From the NCBI RefSeq assembly GCF_009914755.1, contig NC_060931.1: a stretch of DNA of 64,000 bases; one strand, given 5' to 3'. The notes under the pieces were generated by a model, which saw only the letters and a program-made list of their open reading frames with translations, did no database searches and was not told the DNA's origin. The position numbers were made by a program, and so were the translations under genes. This DNA is from the human T2T-CHM13v2.0 reference genome, Homo sapiens. Of the stretch, positions 1 to 13,571 are shown one piece after another (the first letter of the stretch is position 1; every line of letters starts with the position of its first letter).

Positions 1-202
1 CTTACAAAGTTGAGCACTTTTTATGCTTACTGGCCATTTGAGATTTTGGAAAATTCCCTATACTGCACTCCCTTTTATTCTATTGAGTTGTTTGTTTTTT
101 CCATATTCATTTATAGATAGTCTTTATTCTGGATATTAATCTTTATTCTTCTACAAATGTTAAGGTCTTTCAATTGTTTTTCATGACTCTTGTCATATAA
201 AG

Positions 203-708
203 TCTTGCTACTCAAAGTGTGGGTCCACAGACCAGAAGCAGCAGCATCTTCTGAAAGACTGTGAGAACAGCAGAAGCTGGCCTAGCATAGTGGCTCACAT
301 CTGTAATCCCAACACTCTGGGAGGCCGAGGCAGGTGGATTGCTTGAGCCCAGGAGTTCACAACCAGCCTGGGCAACATAGCAAAACCCCATCTCCATAAA
401 AAATACAAAAATTAGCCGGGCATGGTGGTGCATGCCTGTAGTCCCAGGTACTCAGAAGGCTGATGTGGGAGGATTACCTGAGCCCAGGAGGTTGAGGCTG
501 CGGTGAGCCATGAGTGCACCACTACACTCCGGCCTGGGCAACATAGTGAGACTCAGTTTCTACCGCCGCCCCACAACCTGCCAAAAAAAAAAAAAAACCA
601 AAAACCAAACAAACAAACAAAACACACAGCAGAAGCTCAAGCTCCATCTCAGATCTACTGAACTTTAACAAAATGATTCATATGCATATTAAAGTCTGAG
701 AAGCAGTG
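203..708 (+). mobile_element. MER5A-like hAT MITE split by Alu
   Basis: CTACTCAAAGTGTGGGTCC start and TAAAGTCTGAGAAGCAGTG end. Confidence 0.7.
279..625 (+). mobile_element. Alu (AluJ-like) inserted in MER5A
   Basis: Dimeric Alu, J-type TTGAGCCCAGGAG motifs, TSD ACAGCAGAAGCT. Confidence 0.9.
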
Positions 709-789
709 ATAGAGGTTCCAAATTGTTTTTCCAGTCAGGTATTTCAATGTTTTCTTTCATGATGCCTTTGCTAATTTTTCATATCTCCA

Positions 790-2160
790 AAAAGTGTCAG
801 ATGGCTTCTTTTGTCAAGCTACACTTACTCCCTAGGTGATCTCATCCAATCTTGTATCTTTATATGCCAACTATGAACTGATGAAGCCCAAAATTTAAAA
901 TCCAACTCTACCTTTTCCTCTCAACACCAGATTCCTAACTGCCTGCTGAATATGTCTACTAGTATACCTAATAGGCATTTCAAACTTAACATGTTCAAAG
1001 ACTAACTTCTGATCTCCCCCATCACCCCCACAAAACTTGTTTTTCCTAGTCTCTTTACCTCAGGAAATAAGCTCCCTTCTTTGAGTAAACCAAAAACTTC
1101 AGCATCATCCTTGACTCTTTTCTCACATCTGACAATCCATTTCAATCCATCTCCAAATCAAAATATATGTAGATATTAGTCACCTTCTCTAACTTTACCA
1201 CCCTGGTCTAAGCCACCTTCATTTCTCTGTTAGTTTATTAACAAGAGTTTCTGAAATGGCCTCTCCTATTTCATGCCTAGAATGGCACAGTAGCTATTCT
1301 TCAAAAACTGTAACTGCAGGCCATGCATGGTGGCTCACGCCTGTAATCTCAGCACTTTGGGAGGCTGAGACGGGAGGATCGCAACATAGTAGGACCCTGT
1401 ATCTACAAAAAAAAAAGAAAAAAAAAAAATAGCCAGACGTGGTGGTGTGTGCCTGTGGTCCCAGAGGCTGAGGTGGGAGGATTGCTTGAGCCTGGGAAGT
1501 TGAGGCTGCAATGAGCTGTGATCGCGCCACCCCAACCTAGGCAACAGAGTGAACCCCATCTCAAAAACAAAACTATAACTGCAGATCACATGTCATTCTC
1601 TTGCTCAAAACCCTCCACTGGCTTCCCCACTAAAAATCACCAAAGCCATGACCTGGCCCTCTGCTATTTGTCTAGCTTCATTTCTTATTGTTCTCCCGTC
1701 ACTCATCCCATTCCAATCACATTTGGCCTAACTGAACGTGCCAAGTATACTCCCAGTGCAGGACTTGTGAATTTACTATTCCTTCTGCCTGGAATGCTCT
1801 TCCCCTAAGATTTCTATAAAGTTTGCTGTCTTACCAAGTTCATTCATCTCTTTATCCCAATGTCACCTTATCAATGAAGCATTCTCTTACCTTCTCATTT
1901 AGAAAGGCTCTATCCCTCCCATTCCTTAAAGGCACAGAATCAGCTTCTATGCCCTTTGTTAATTTTATTTGTTCCGTAGCATATGTGACCACCTTACTAT
2001 ATATATTTTACGTGTTCATTTTGTTATTGGTGTGTGTCTTCCCACTCCCCAACAGAATGAAGTCCAGGAGGGCATAGGTTTTTGTCTTATTTTTTCTGAT
2101 TTATCCCCAGAGCCTAGAACAGTGCCTAGCATACAATAAGCAAACATATATTTGTTTAAA
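790..2160 (+). mobile_element. L2 (L2a-like) 3' fragment interrupted by Alu
   Basis: CATCATCCTTGACTC, GCCTGGAATGCTCTTCCC, CCTAGAACAGTGCCTAGCATA L2 3' motifs. Confidence 0.8.
1319..1570 (+). mobile_element. Alu (AluJ-like, internal deletion)
   Basis: Alu motifs; TSD AAAACT(G/A)TAACTGCA. Confidence 0.88.
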
Positions 2161-2174
2161 AAAAAATGAATACT

Positions 2175-2376
2175 TTATTTATTTTTAAAACAGGGTCTCC
2201 GTCTCCCAGGCTGGAGTGCAGTGGCACAATCTTGGTTTACTGCAGCTTCAGCCTCCCTGGCATCAATCCTCCCACCCCAGACTCCCAAGTAGTTGGGACT
2301 ACAGGCACGCAGCAGCACACCTGGCTAATTTTTGTATTTTTAGTAGAGATGGGGTTTTGCCACATTGTCCAGGATG
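2175..2376 (-). mobile_element. Alu, partial
   Basis: Antisense right arm plus linker, left arm truncated. Confidence 0.85.
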
Positions 2377-2855
2377 GATCTTTCCTTAGAGCATCCCTCT
2401 ATGATGTGTTCACTGATCAACTCGGCAAAACTGTTTTCTAAGTCATAATTTGATAACATAAAGTTGATTATGTTTTCCATGTCTATTAGCTACTTTAAGA
2501 TCAGAAACATTTTCTTTTTTTGTCCCCTCATGATTTATTTTGGTGTCTTAGTCATAATAGGTATGCAATTAAAGCTGAAGATTTAAGCTGGTTTCAGAAT
2601 AGGGTAGGAAAGAAAACAGGTCATCCTAGTTCAGTGATTCTTTCTTAGGTCCAGTAAATTCAGGACAATATTACCCACACTCCCTTTTTTTTTTCAATGT
2701 TCCATAAAAACTCATATGCAGTTAGCATAAAGAACTATTTCTCTCAAAGGATGGGAGAGAGAAAGTGGGGGAAAATAATCAGAGATGAGAAATGAAGAGA
2801 ATGAGCTGATTAGAATAAAATTTTCTTGCTGGGGTATAAAAAACGGTTAAGATTG

Positions 2856-3150
<295 letters not shown>

Positions 3151-3905
3151 AAGAAAATGATAATATTGGCTAGGTATAGTGGGGCCAGACCATAAGTGTC
3201 TGGAAGTCAGGTTTTTTATCTCCCCAAAGAAGAGTAATTTTATATCCGAAGAATAAAAAAAAGTCACAATGACCCTTGTTGGAATTTTAAAGAATGTGTT
3301 TGGGAGAGAAAGTCTTTCAGAATCTCCAGAAGAGTCAGAGAAAGAACTTTGATGACTCTTATAAAATAGAGATATATTAAAAAGTAGAATAAGATACTGA
3401 AAAGCTAACGGTAGGTACATAGTTAAAACATCTTCTTGGAAAAAAAAGAAAAACCTGTTACCACAATCCTAAAAGGGAGATGAAAAAATTAAAAACAAAA
3501 CTAAAAACTTCAAGAAAGTTACTAAAAGATCTCCTCTCCTGTTTTAATCTCTTCAGTAGACCACAGCTATTACAGCCAAGCAAGCTTAGTAAATAACTGA
3601 TCATTTTTAGTGACTTTACAAATGGCAAAACTCCTTCTCCAAAAAAAAGACTGAGAATTTTTTTTAAAAAATCCTAGAAGATGCCCATGTTAAAATATAA
3701 ATGCAGACAAACTGCTATGGAAGGACATGAAGGGGAGCTATGGCACAAAAAAAAAACTACAGCCATTGGCTCCCCTCATCCCTTAAAGAAAATGTAATTA
3801 AAATATCAATTAGTAACAGGTGATTTTATATATATATTCATATATATACTTATATATCTTCTAAATTACTTTAAGAAGCTAGCAAAACCTAGATGTCAAA
3901 ACTCA

Positions 3906-4259
<354 letters not shown>

Positions 4260-5167
4260 TCAAACTCTTAAATTAATATATATGATATATAAACATATAT
4301 AATAGTATATATAAATATATATATTAAAAGCAAGAATAATCATTAATTAGGAATCCAGTAACATAATACTTAATAGGTCAAAGGGGAAAACTACAGGACT
4401 AGCCTAAGAGATTCCAAGAAACAAATAATTGTTACGAAAGGTGGGGTTGGGGGAGGAACAGAGGGAGGGAAGGGAGAGACAGAAGTGGTCTTAAAATTTC
4501 AAGAAAATGGTTGAAAGAATCACAGTACTGAAAGCAAGGAGGCCAGGACCATCAACCACTTAGTTGGAAAAATTCAGAACATTCCTGAAAAACAGAAAAC
4601 GAATATAATCAGTTTGACAAAGAAATCAAAGCTAATAAATTGCAGACCAAAACACAAAAGTAAATTTCTACTGAGATAACTCTGGAAGAACAGCAAGCCT
4701 AAAGACAACACATATAAAGAAGAAGCATGAGGAAACTATAAAGACATGAGTTTTGAATCATACAGTCATCAAATTAAAACCTCAGGTAACGTAAAACAGA
4801 TTACTGCTGAAGAGAGAATTAAAGGACTAGAAGGTGATTCTGAGAAAATTAGCCAAAAGGCAGAGATAAATGAATGGAAAATATGAAAGACACGAAGCAC
4901 AAAATGAGTTAATCTGGGAGGTAAACAGGGAATGGGGAGATATTTGAACAGAAGCTGGCCATAAATTTTCCAAAACAGGTGAAAATAAAAAAGTTCAGTT
5001 CTTAAAGTCAACCAGAAAGTAAAGACAAGTCAGACTGATGGCATACTTCTCAACATCAGTAAAAGAAGCAAGAAGATAATGAACTGACGTTAAGGTGCAA
5101 GAAGAAAATAACTGACAACCTAGAAAAAGGAAACTGAATCAAGAAGTAATATCAAAGAAAGAGTGGC

Positions 5168-5698
5168 ATGAGAGGGCTGAATAGTGGCCCCCCACCAAGA
5201 TAACTAAACATATACCAAGACCCAGAAGAACCTGTAAATGTTATCCTATGTGGCAAAAGGAACTTTGCAGATGTGATTAAGTATTGTGAAACAGGGAGAT
5301 TATTCTGGATATCTGGGTAAGCCCTAAATGTAATCGACAAGCATACTTATAAGAGGGAAATAAAAGGGAATTTTACTATAGATGATTAGGTGATATAAAA
5401 ACTCAGCAGAGAAAGATCTGAAGATGCTACACTGCTGACCTTGAAGATGGAGGAGGTGGCCATGAGCCAAGAAATACAAGCAGTGCAGCTCTAGGAGCTG
5501 GAAAAGGCAAGAAATCAGATTTTTCCTTATTGTCTCTAGAGAGAGCAAAGTCTTGCTGATACCTTGATTTTTGCCCAGTAAAACAAACTCATTCTGGATT
5601 TCCGACCTCCAGAAATGTAAGAGAGTACACCACATTTGTGGTGTTGTAAGTGACCAAGTTTGTTGTTATTTATTATTGCAGCCATAGAAAATGAACAC
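5168..5698 (+). mobile_element. MLT1 (C/D-like) MaLR solo LTR
   Basis: TGGCAAAAGGAACTTTGCAGATGTGATTAAG, GAAGATGGAGG, CCTCCAGAAATGTAAGAG motifs. Confidence 0.8.
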
Positions 5699-7862
5699 AG
5701 ATGGAGAATCTAGAGACTAATATACATGAAAGTAAACCTAAATAAGCATTTAGGTTTTACTAATGAGTTTATTAATAAGCATATTAGGTCTTAACAAAAT
5801 AAGCATTATTAGATTACACAAAGTAACAACAACACAATGACTACATTAATGGGGGAAAGGGCCAGCATTACAGCATTTCAAACCTATCTATTATTATTCA
5901 AGAAGAGAGATCTAGGAACATCTTGTGCCAGATATCAGAACAACATCAGAGGCCAGCTTGAAGGGACTCCTACTGACCAAATTTGGAGATTTTCAGCAAA
6001 AAGAATAAGTACTGTAATTGACTATAACAGATGGTATGCAAAAACAAACAAATAAACAAAAAACCTTCAAAATTCCATAAAAATTAAAAGGGTGGGAGAG
6101 CAGTTGCTCACACTGTAGGGGATTATTACACCCTTAGAAAACTGAACTTTAAATGAAAAAAATTATGCATGTATCCCGCCTTTTTAGGAAAAATTAGTTA
6201 TTCCCACTTGATATGGGGAAATGCTTCTTTACAAAAGAATGCCAGCTAATATAAAATAATTGGTTCAGGAAAGGATCAAATGATGCTAAAAATCATTAGG
6301 AGAAAAGCTGATGGAGAACAGGATACTTACATAGTGCCAAAGTATTTCGCCACAGATTAAAGATGAAGGGGAAAACATACCTTCAAGTGGCTTAGAATCA
6401 TTAATAGTGGAACAACCCAACATATGCCTCTTGATGTGATACAACATGAGACATCACCCATGAAGTATACATGCAAAACATTTAAACTGAATCTAATCAA
6501 GCCTTCATACTTAACTTCTGGTTTAGAAGAAACACAGGGAATAGAGAAATACGCTAAGACTGCTACACTGAAATAATCAAATATAGATTGTGGAACATTC
6601 TCTAAGACATTTTTCTTCTCTTTGAAAGTCAAAGCCTTGGCAATTGGACTAATCCAAAATGTGGGACATTCTAAGACAACTGTCCTGGATTCTTTAATAA
6701 ATCATTTCATGGGAGAACAAAACAGTAGGTGGTCAGTTTAAGACTAAAAGATAACTACTACTAAAAGTCAACAAATAATTCAGTGCATGCAGAGTGGATC
6801 TTAGTTTAGGGATGGAAGATAGCTGCAAGAGACATTCTTGGGACAACCATGGAAATCTGAACACATATCAGATGTAAGATGATAGAATTTTAACCTTCCT
6901 ACATATGATATTTTGGTTAAATGAAATAATTTCCTTTTTCTTAGGAGATATACACACAGTAAAATGTTAACAATCATTGAATCTTGGTAGTATAGGTAGT
7001 GTTTATATAAGTGTTTATATAAATATATATTTATATAAAGAGGCATAAGAATTAGAATTATAGAGACAAAAAACTTATTTGTAGGAAACATGCTATCTAC
7101 AGAAAAACCCAAGAGAATCTACAAACCATCAGGGCTAATACCTATTAACTATAAAAACTAACAGAAGAGTTTAGCAAGGTTTGTTGGATATAAAATCAAG
7201 GACATAAAATTACATGGTGTTCTAACACATTAGCCAGAGCCAATTAAAAAAAGATGCTTCTCATGATAGTAACATTATAAAGAATCTAGAAGAAAAGTCT
7301 AACAAAAGATTCCCAAAACTTTTGTGACGGAAACAACAAAATAATGTGCAGGTGCACAAAAGGCTACTAAGAAGAGAGACAGAGTCAGATGACTCTAGAG
7401 GTTTCCACCCCTGTTTTGGTAGCTTATCAAAAAGTTGGCTCAGGAGGTCTGAGTTTGTTTCATGCAAGAAAAGGCTGATCAGCCACAGAGTACTGATGGC
7501 TTTCCCTAGTAAGACCATTTCACCAACCTCAAAGCTCCAATTATTACACAGGAGCCCTTTCCACAGTACATAGTTCTAGATGTGTCTGGCCAGTGCACAC
7601 ATCTATATGGGGATAACAGACCTTAGGGAATTGTGTGTGCCTTAATACTTCTTTATTTTTCTCCACTAAACCTTATTTCACATTACACCAAATGACATGT
7701 ATGTGTGCATGCAGATGTGTTCCCCTTCACTTGACAAAGACCTACATAAATATCCTTTTATGGGAAGATTCAATATTATAATGATGTCAATTTTCCACAA
7801 ATAAATTCAGTGTAGTGCAATAAACAAAATTCCAAAAATAATTTTTCCCCCATGGAACTTGA

Positions 7863-8178
<316 letters not shown>

Positions 8179-8586
8179 TGATTCTAAAATTTTTATGGAA
8201 GCACTGTATAATAGTAGCCTTTGGCTATTTTGAATAATAAGGAGGGTAAGACTGGTGTTACCAGGAAAACAAGACTTACAGAGAAATGATACTAGCATAG
8301 AGACAGAAAGCCCAAAGAGACAGAATAGAGGGCTCAGAAACAGAGGCACAGGTATTTATTTACACAGCATATGGTTCACATTGGCATTATAATTTAGTGG
8401 GGAACAGAACGGACTATATAATAAATATTTCCAGGGTAAGTGGCCATCCTTTTGGAAAAGGTCAACTAATCCAAAAGAAAATGGGCAAAAGACTTATGAA
8501 TAGGTAGTTCACTATAGGGAATTCGAATATCTAATAAACACATAAAATAAATGACCTCATTAGTAATCAAAGAAATGCAATGAAAA

Positions 8587-8850
8587 ACCAGGCCTGGTAC
8601 AATGGCTCATCCCTGTAATCCCAGCACCTGTGCAACATAGCAAGACCCCATCTCTAGAAAAAAAAAAAAAAAAGAAAAAAAAGAAAATTAGTTGGATGCG
8701 GTACCACATACTTGTACTCCCAGCTAACAGAGGCTGAGAGGCTGAGGTGGGAGGATTGCCTGAGCCCAGAAGTTTGAGGCTACAATAAGACAGGAATGCA
8801 TTATTGCACTCCCACCTGGGCAACAGAGCAAGACCTTGTCTCAAAAAATA
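8587..8850 (+). mobile_element. AluJ-like with left-arm deletion
   Basis: Alu motifs; TSD ATGAAAAA(C/T)CAG. Confidence 0.85.
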
Positions 8851-9276
8851 CATACATACATATGAAAAATCAGTGAGACTGCAAAAAAATTGGGCCTAAT
8901 AATACAAGAGTTGGTAATCATGTACATGTAGCAACAAACACTATCATATTCTACATGTGGTATAATATAAATATTTGAAAGTAAACTGGCAATATCTAGA
9001 GTAAAGCTAAGGATGAGCATATCCTATCATGTAGCTACTTATATTCACATATGTACAAGACATTTTCACTGCAGCAATGTTTATAATAGCAAAAAACTAG
9101 AACCAACTCAAATGTTCCCTAAGAGAGAAAAAATGGCAAACTGGTACATCTGTATAACAAAATACCACATATTAAGTCAAAACAAAAAGCTAGCGCTATA
9201 TTTATCAACATGAATACATCTCAAAAACATAATATTGATGAAAAAGCAAGTTTCAGGATATATACAACTTTTAAAA

Positions 9277-9753
9277 TGTCAACAATCTACAGAAAAAGAT
9301 TTTCTTTCTTAAAAAAGAAACAGGCTTTATTCCAGCAAACAGTTTGCAAACCGTGGAGATGTACCTTGGTAGAAAATAAAGGCGCCTTCTGAGAGAACAA
9401 AGAAAAGGGGTTGTCATTTACAGAGAAAGTTCACAGTCAGGTTCCCACTCTGGTCCACTATACAAATGAGGGGTGCAAACTTGTTCAGTTCTGATTGGCT
9501 GAGGCAGGTCACAGAGTGTTTGTTAGGTACAAAAGGCCAAATGGTATTTTCTGGTAGCTGTTAATTCAGGTGGCATAAATAGGAACAGACAGCTATGAAA
9601 GTCCTAAAGTTACTGGGTGTATAGGTTTTCCAGGAATGCGGAGTACACATATGATCTCTACATGTCTGCAAAGGATCGCGTGGGTCTATTTTGAATTTGG
9701 ACTGTTAGCCACTCAGAATCTGCCTTAAAGGGTTGGTTCTTTCAGGGTTCACA
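9277..9753 (-). mobile_element. ERV1-class solo LTR (MER67-like)
   Basis: Minus strand TG...CA termini, 4-bp AAAA TSD, CCAAT and poly(A)-like motifs; the flanking L1 resumes on both sides. Confidence 0.65.
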
Positions 9754-11730
9754 AAAACATGCAATCAACGTTCTAGATTGTTTGTGGATCTACACCCACA
9801 GCAAAAGTATCTGAAATGTGCATGGGCATGATAAACAGTAAATTCAGGATAATGGTTACTTCTGAAAAGGCAGAAAGGGCAGAGAAAAGTATCAAAGTAA
9901 GACTGTAAGGTGCTATATCTGTGTCTATAATTTTTTTGTTTATAAAAATCTGAAGCATATATAAGACAATTCAACAAAACTGAGTAATAGGTACATAGTT
10001 ATTATATTATTCCCTACACTTTACTATATACTTGAAGTAGAAAGGAAAAGTGGGAGGGCGAGAGGGAAAGAGGGAAGATACTGAAGGAGGAGGATACTAA
10101 GTAAGTAAGCTAGCTCCTTCCAGGAATAAACATAGTAAAGCTGTCCTTACTTTGGTAACTGGGGTGGCCTTAAGCCTGCCTCTTAAAATCCCTGCACCCT
10201 GGAGGAAAGCCAGTCAATGAATACATGACACTTGTAGTCATTTCCCATTTAGAAAAGAATCCTAGACCTATGTAACTGCAAAGTTTTTGTCAATTTAGTC
10301 CTTATTCAATAAACAAGAATCACAAGACACTATGAATATCCAATGGGAGGAAAGAAAAAGATCACAATGAACAAACAGAATAAATGGGCAAGGAGAAAAC
10401 TGAAATATTATTACTAAGAAAACACTTGAGGAGAAGGGGTAAATAACAGAAGTAGTATTGATAAAGATCATAGTAGTGATATGTAACACAAAGAAATGTC
10501 CCAGAAGGTAGAGAGGTTAAAAAAGAGAGAGCAAGAAAGAAAGAAATGGGTGATACAAGTAAAAAGTTGAAGAGATATAAAGAATATGTTTGGGAAGTTC
10601 AAAATACATTTAGTAAGAGTTCTAAATGAAGAAAATAGAATAAATAAAGATTATGCTAAAAATATTTGGAGTTAAAAACACCAATGGTCTGAGTAAAAGG
10701 GCTCAGTGAGGCTAAGGCGGATGAATTAAAAGACTCATATCTACATAAATCCTAGTTTACATAATTAAATTCCAGAAATTCAAAACGGAAAACTCTAAAA
10801 GCTTCCTATAACTAGAATTAATTTGGCATCAGACTTTTCATCAGCAACATTAAAAGACAATGAAGACGGAAAGTAGATTACTTGTTGACTTAAGGCTGGG
10901 GGGTGGGCAAATTGGTGGGAACAGAGAATGACTGCTAATAAATCCAGGGGTTTCATTTTTGAGTGATAAAAATATTCTACAATGTACTGCGGTGATGGCT
11001 ATACAACTCTATGAATATATTAAAAACCACTAAATTGCACATAGTATGGTATATGAATTATGCCTCAATAAAACTGTTATTTTTTAAAAGATAGTAGAAT
11101 AATGTTTTCACTGTCTGGGCAAAAATGACTGTGAATCTGGAATTTTACATCCAGGCAAACTACCAGTCAAGCATGAGGGCAAATGAAAACCTTTTTGGAC
11201 ATGTTAAGTTCTCAAAAAATTTACTTCAATAGGAATCATCCATCTGAAAACATTTCTATCTTTTGACCTAGCAATTCCACTTCTAAGAATTTTACCAATC
11301 TCTCACAAAATTGGAAAAAAGGAGTAGGCCTCTCGTCCCAGCATTTATAAAGATAAAACAAATGATTCACCAGGTTAAAAAAAAAAACTGATTTTTTAAG
11401 GCACTATTTTTACATATAACAAAACAAACACAAAACTGACGTAAATAAGTTGGTCCCAAAACAATAGAAAGTAAAAGGAAATACACCCCACAAAAAGCCA
11501 TGTTTCCAACTAGAAAGTTAAAGATAGTGACTGTGGCTATATGGTAAGCAAGGGGAGAGTAGAAACAAGATGGGTATCAGAAAAATTAGGCAATATGCCA
11601 GGTTATGAAGGATCCTGAAAGCCACGGTAAGTAGAGTTTTAATTTTATTCTAAGAGCAATGAGAATCTAAAGTTTCAAAAACAGGTATGTGTGACATAAT
11701 CTGATTTATATTTTACTAACAATTTACTTC

Positions 11731-12145
11731 TGATATGGTTTGAATCTGTGTCCCCACCCAATCTCATGTCAAATTGTAATCCCCAATGTTGGAGGTGGGG
11801 CCTGGTTGGAGGTGACTAGATCATGGGGGTGGATCTTTCATGAATGGTTTAGCACCATCCTCTTGATGCTGTCCTTTTGATGAGTGAGTTCTCAAAAGAT
11901 CTGATTGTTTACAAGTGTGTAGCACCTCCCCCTACCCCTTGCTCCTGCCATGTAAGACGCACCTGCTCCTGCTTTGCCTTCTGCCATGACTGTAAGTTTC
12001 CTGAGGCCTCCCCAGAAGGTGAGCAGATGCCAGTATCATGCTTTCTGTAGAGCCTGCAGAACCGTGAGCCAATTAAACCTCTTTTCTTTATAAACTACCC
12101 AGTCTCAGGTATTCCTTTATAGCAATCAGAGAACAGATAAATATA
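11731..12145 (+). mobile_element. MSTA/MSTB MaLR solo LTR
   Basis: TGATATGGTTTGAATCTGTGTCCCCACCCA start; CCCAGTCTCAGGTATTCCTTTATAGCA end. Confidence 0.9.
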
Positions 12146-12298
12146 CCATCCCATTTTATAGACGAGCACATTGTGGCATAAGTGTTAAGTATATTGCTCA
12201 AGGCCACTCAGCTAGTAAATTCTAGACAATATAACTCTAGAGCAGTATATATTATAGTACCTCTAATTATCACTCTAGTGAAGAATGGATTACGGTGC

Positions 12299-12458
12299 GC
12301 CAAGAATGAATGCAGGGAGGAAGACTAGTTGAAACTATGATTGTGTTAAGCAACCATAGTTAAGCAAGAGATGATTGCTTGGGCCAAGAGTGAATGCAGG
12401 GAGGAAGACTAGTTGAAACTATGGTTGTGTTAAGCAAGAGATGATTGCTTGGACCAAG
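12299..12458. repeat. Tandem duplication (about 75-85 bp x2)
   Basis: GCCAAGA(A/G)TGAATGCAGGGAGGAAGACTAGTTGAAACTATG... occurs twice. Confidence 0.95.
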
Positions 12459-13272
12459 GTGAAAACAGTGGAGATAGGGCTACTGGATTAGACATGGAGG
12501 AAGAGTGAGAAAAAACTAAGAATTAAGGCTGATTCTGAAATTCTGATGTGTGCAACGGGTGGACAGTGATGCCATGAGGGAGAGAAATCAAGCATTATGT
12601 CACCAACAGGAGAGGCTTACTAAATGATCAAGAAGGCAGCTGGTTATGCAAGTTTAGAACCCTGGAGGAGAGATGAGGCTGAAGACATATTTGGGTGTCA
12701 CTAGCATACTGGGAGGCAGACCTACAAGAGAGTATAGGCCAAGAAGGCTCAGCCCTGGGGATCATAAACATTTACAAGAGAAACCAAAAATGGCTGAAAA
12801 GAAAGAAACAGACACTGAGGTAGAAGGAAAAAATATTCAGTTAAGAAAATTTATTAGATAAGAATAGGAACACATAATAGTGGCTAGAAGACATTAGGAA
12901 AGGTAGGAATTGTATATCTGTACATATTTGGTCATTCCTATTTACATACATTTGCAGATGTATTGGGGCTGGGAGATAATAGAGCATGTTTGTGGCTAAA
13001 GGGAATTTAATCGAGGGGAGAAGAATGATATGGAAGACAGAGATGCAGGAAAGATGAAATCTGAGTCACAAGTAGAGAAATCAGACTGTCGGGAATGGTC
13101 TTCGATAACAAATGAAAGGAAGACAGAACAAGAGGACCAATGCAGACAAGTTTGTAGAATTGGTGGTGAAAAGATGACAAGAGCTGCATTTAATTTCTCA
13201 GTAAAGTTTGAAGTGAATTCCACAGATAGGAGTGGGAGCTGTGAGAGGTTTGCAATGAGTGGAGGAAATGAA

Positions 13273-13571
13273 TTTTTTTTTTTTTTTCTGAGACAGAGTC
13301 TCATTCTGTTGCCCAGGCCAGAGAGCAGTAGTGCGATGTTGGTTCACCGCAGACTCCGCGTCCTGGGCTCAAACGATTCTCCTGCCTCAGCCTCCCAAGT
13401 AGCTGAGATTACAGGCACACGCCACCACACCCAGCTAATTTTTGTATTTTTAGTAGAAACGGGGTTTCACCATGTTGGCCAGCCTGGTCTTGAACTCCTG
13501 GCCTCAAGTGATCCACCTGCCTCGGCCTCCCAAAGTGCTGGGATTACACACATGAGCCACTGCGCCCAGCC
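13273..13571 (-). mobile_element. AluS
   Basis: Antisense full dimer. Confidence 0.92.

Larger units (their letters stand above)
11480..13000 (-). mobile_element. L2 fragments (with MST LTR and MIR inside)
   Basis: Antisense L2 motifs (TTTTATTCTAAGAGCAATGAG, GCAAGAGATGATTGCTTGGACCAAGG). Confidence 0.65.

Noticed and set aside
7014-7039. Perfect 26-bp AT palindrome
   Set aside because: Low-complexity TA-rich sequence in which palindromes arise readily.
12299-12458. CRISPR-like or other prokaryotic repeat system
   Set aside because: Only two-unit tandem duplications in primate DNA; no repeat-spacer array or cas-like ORFs anywhere in the window.
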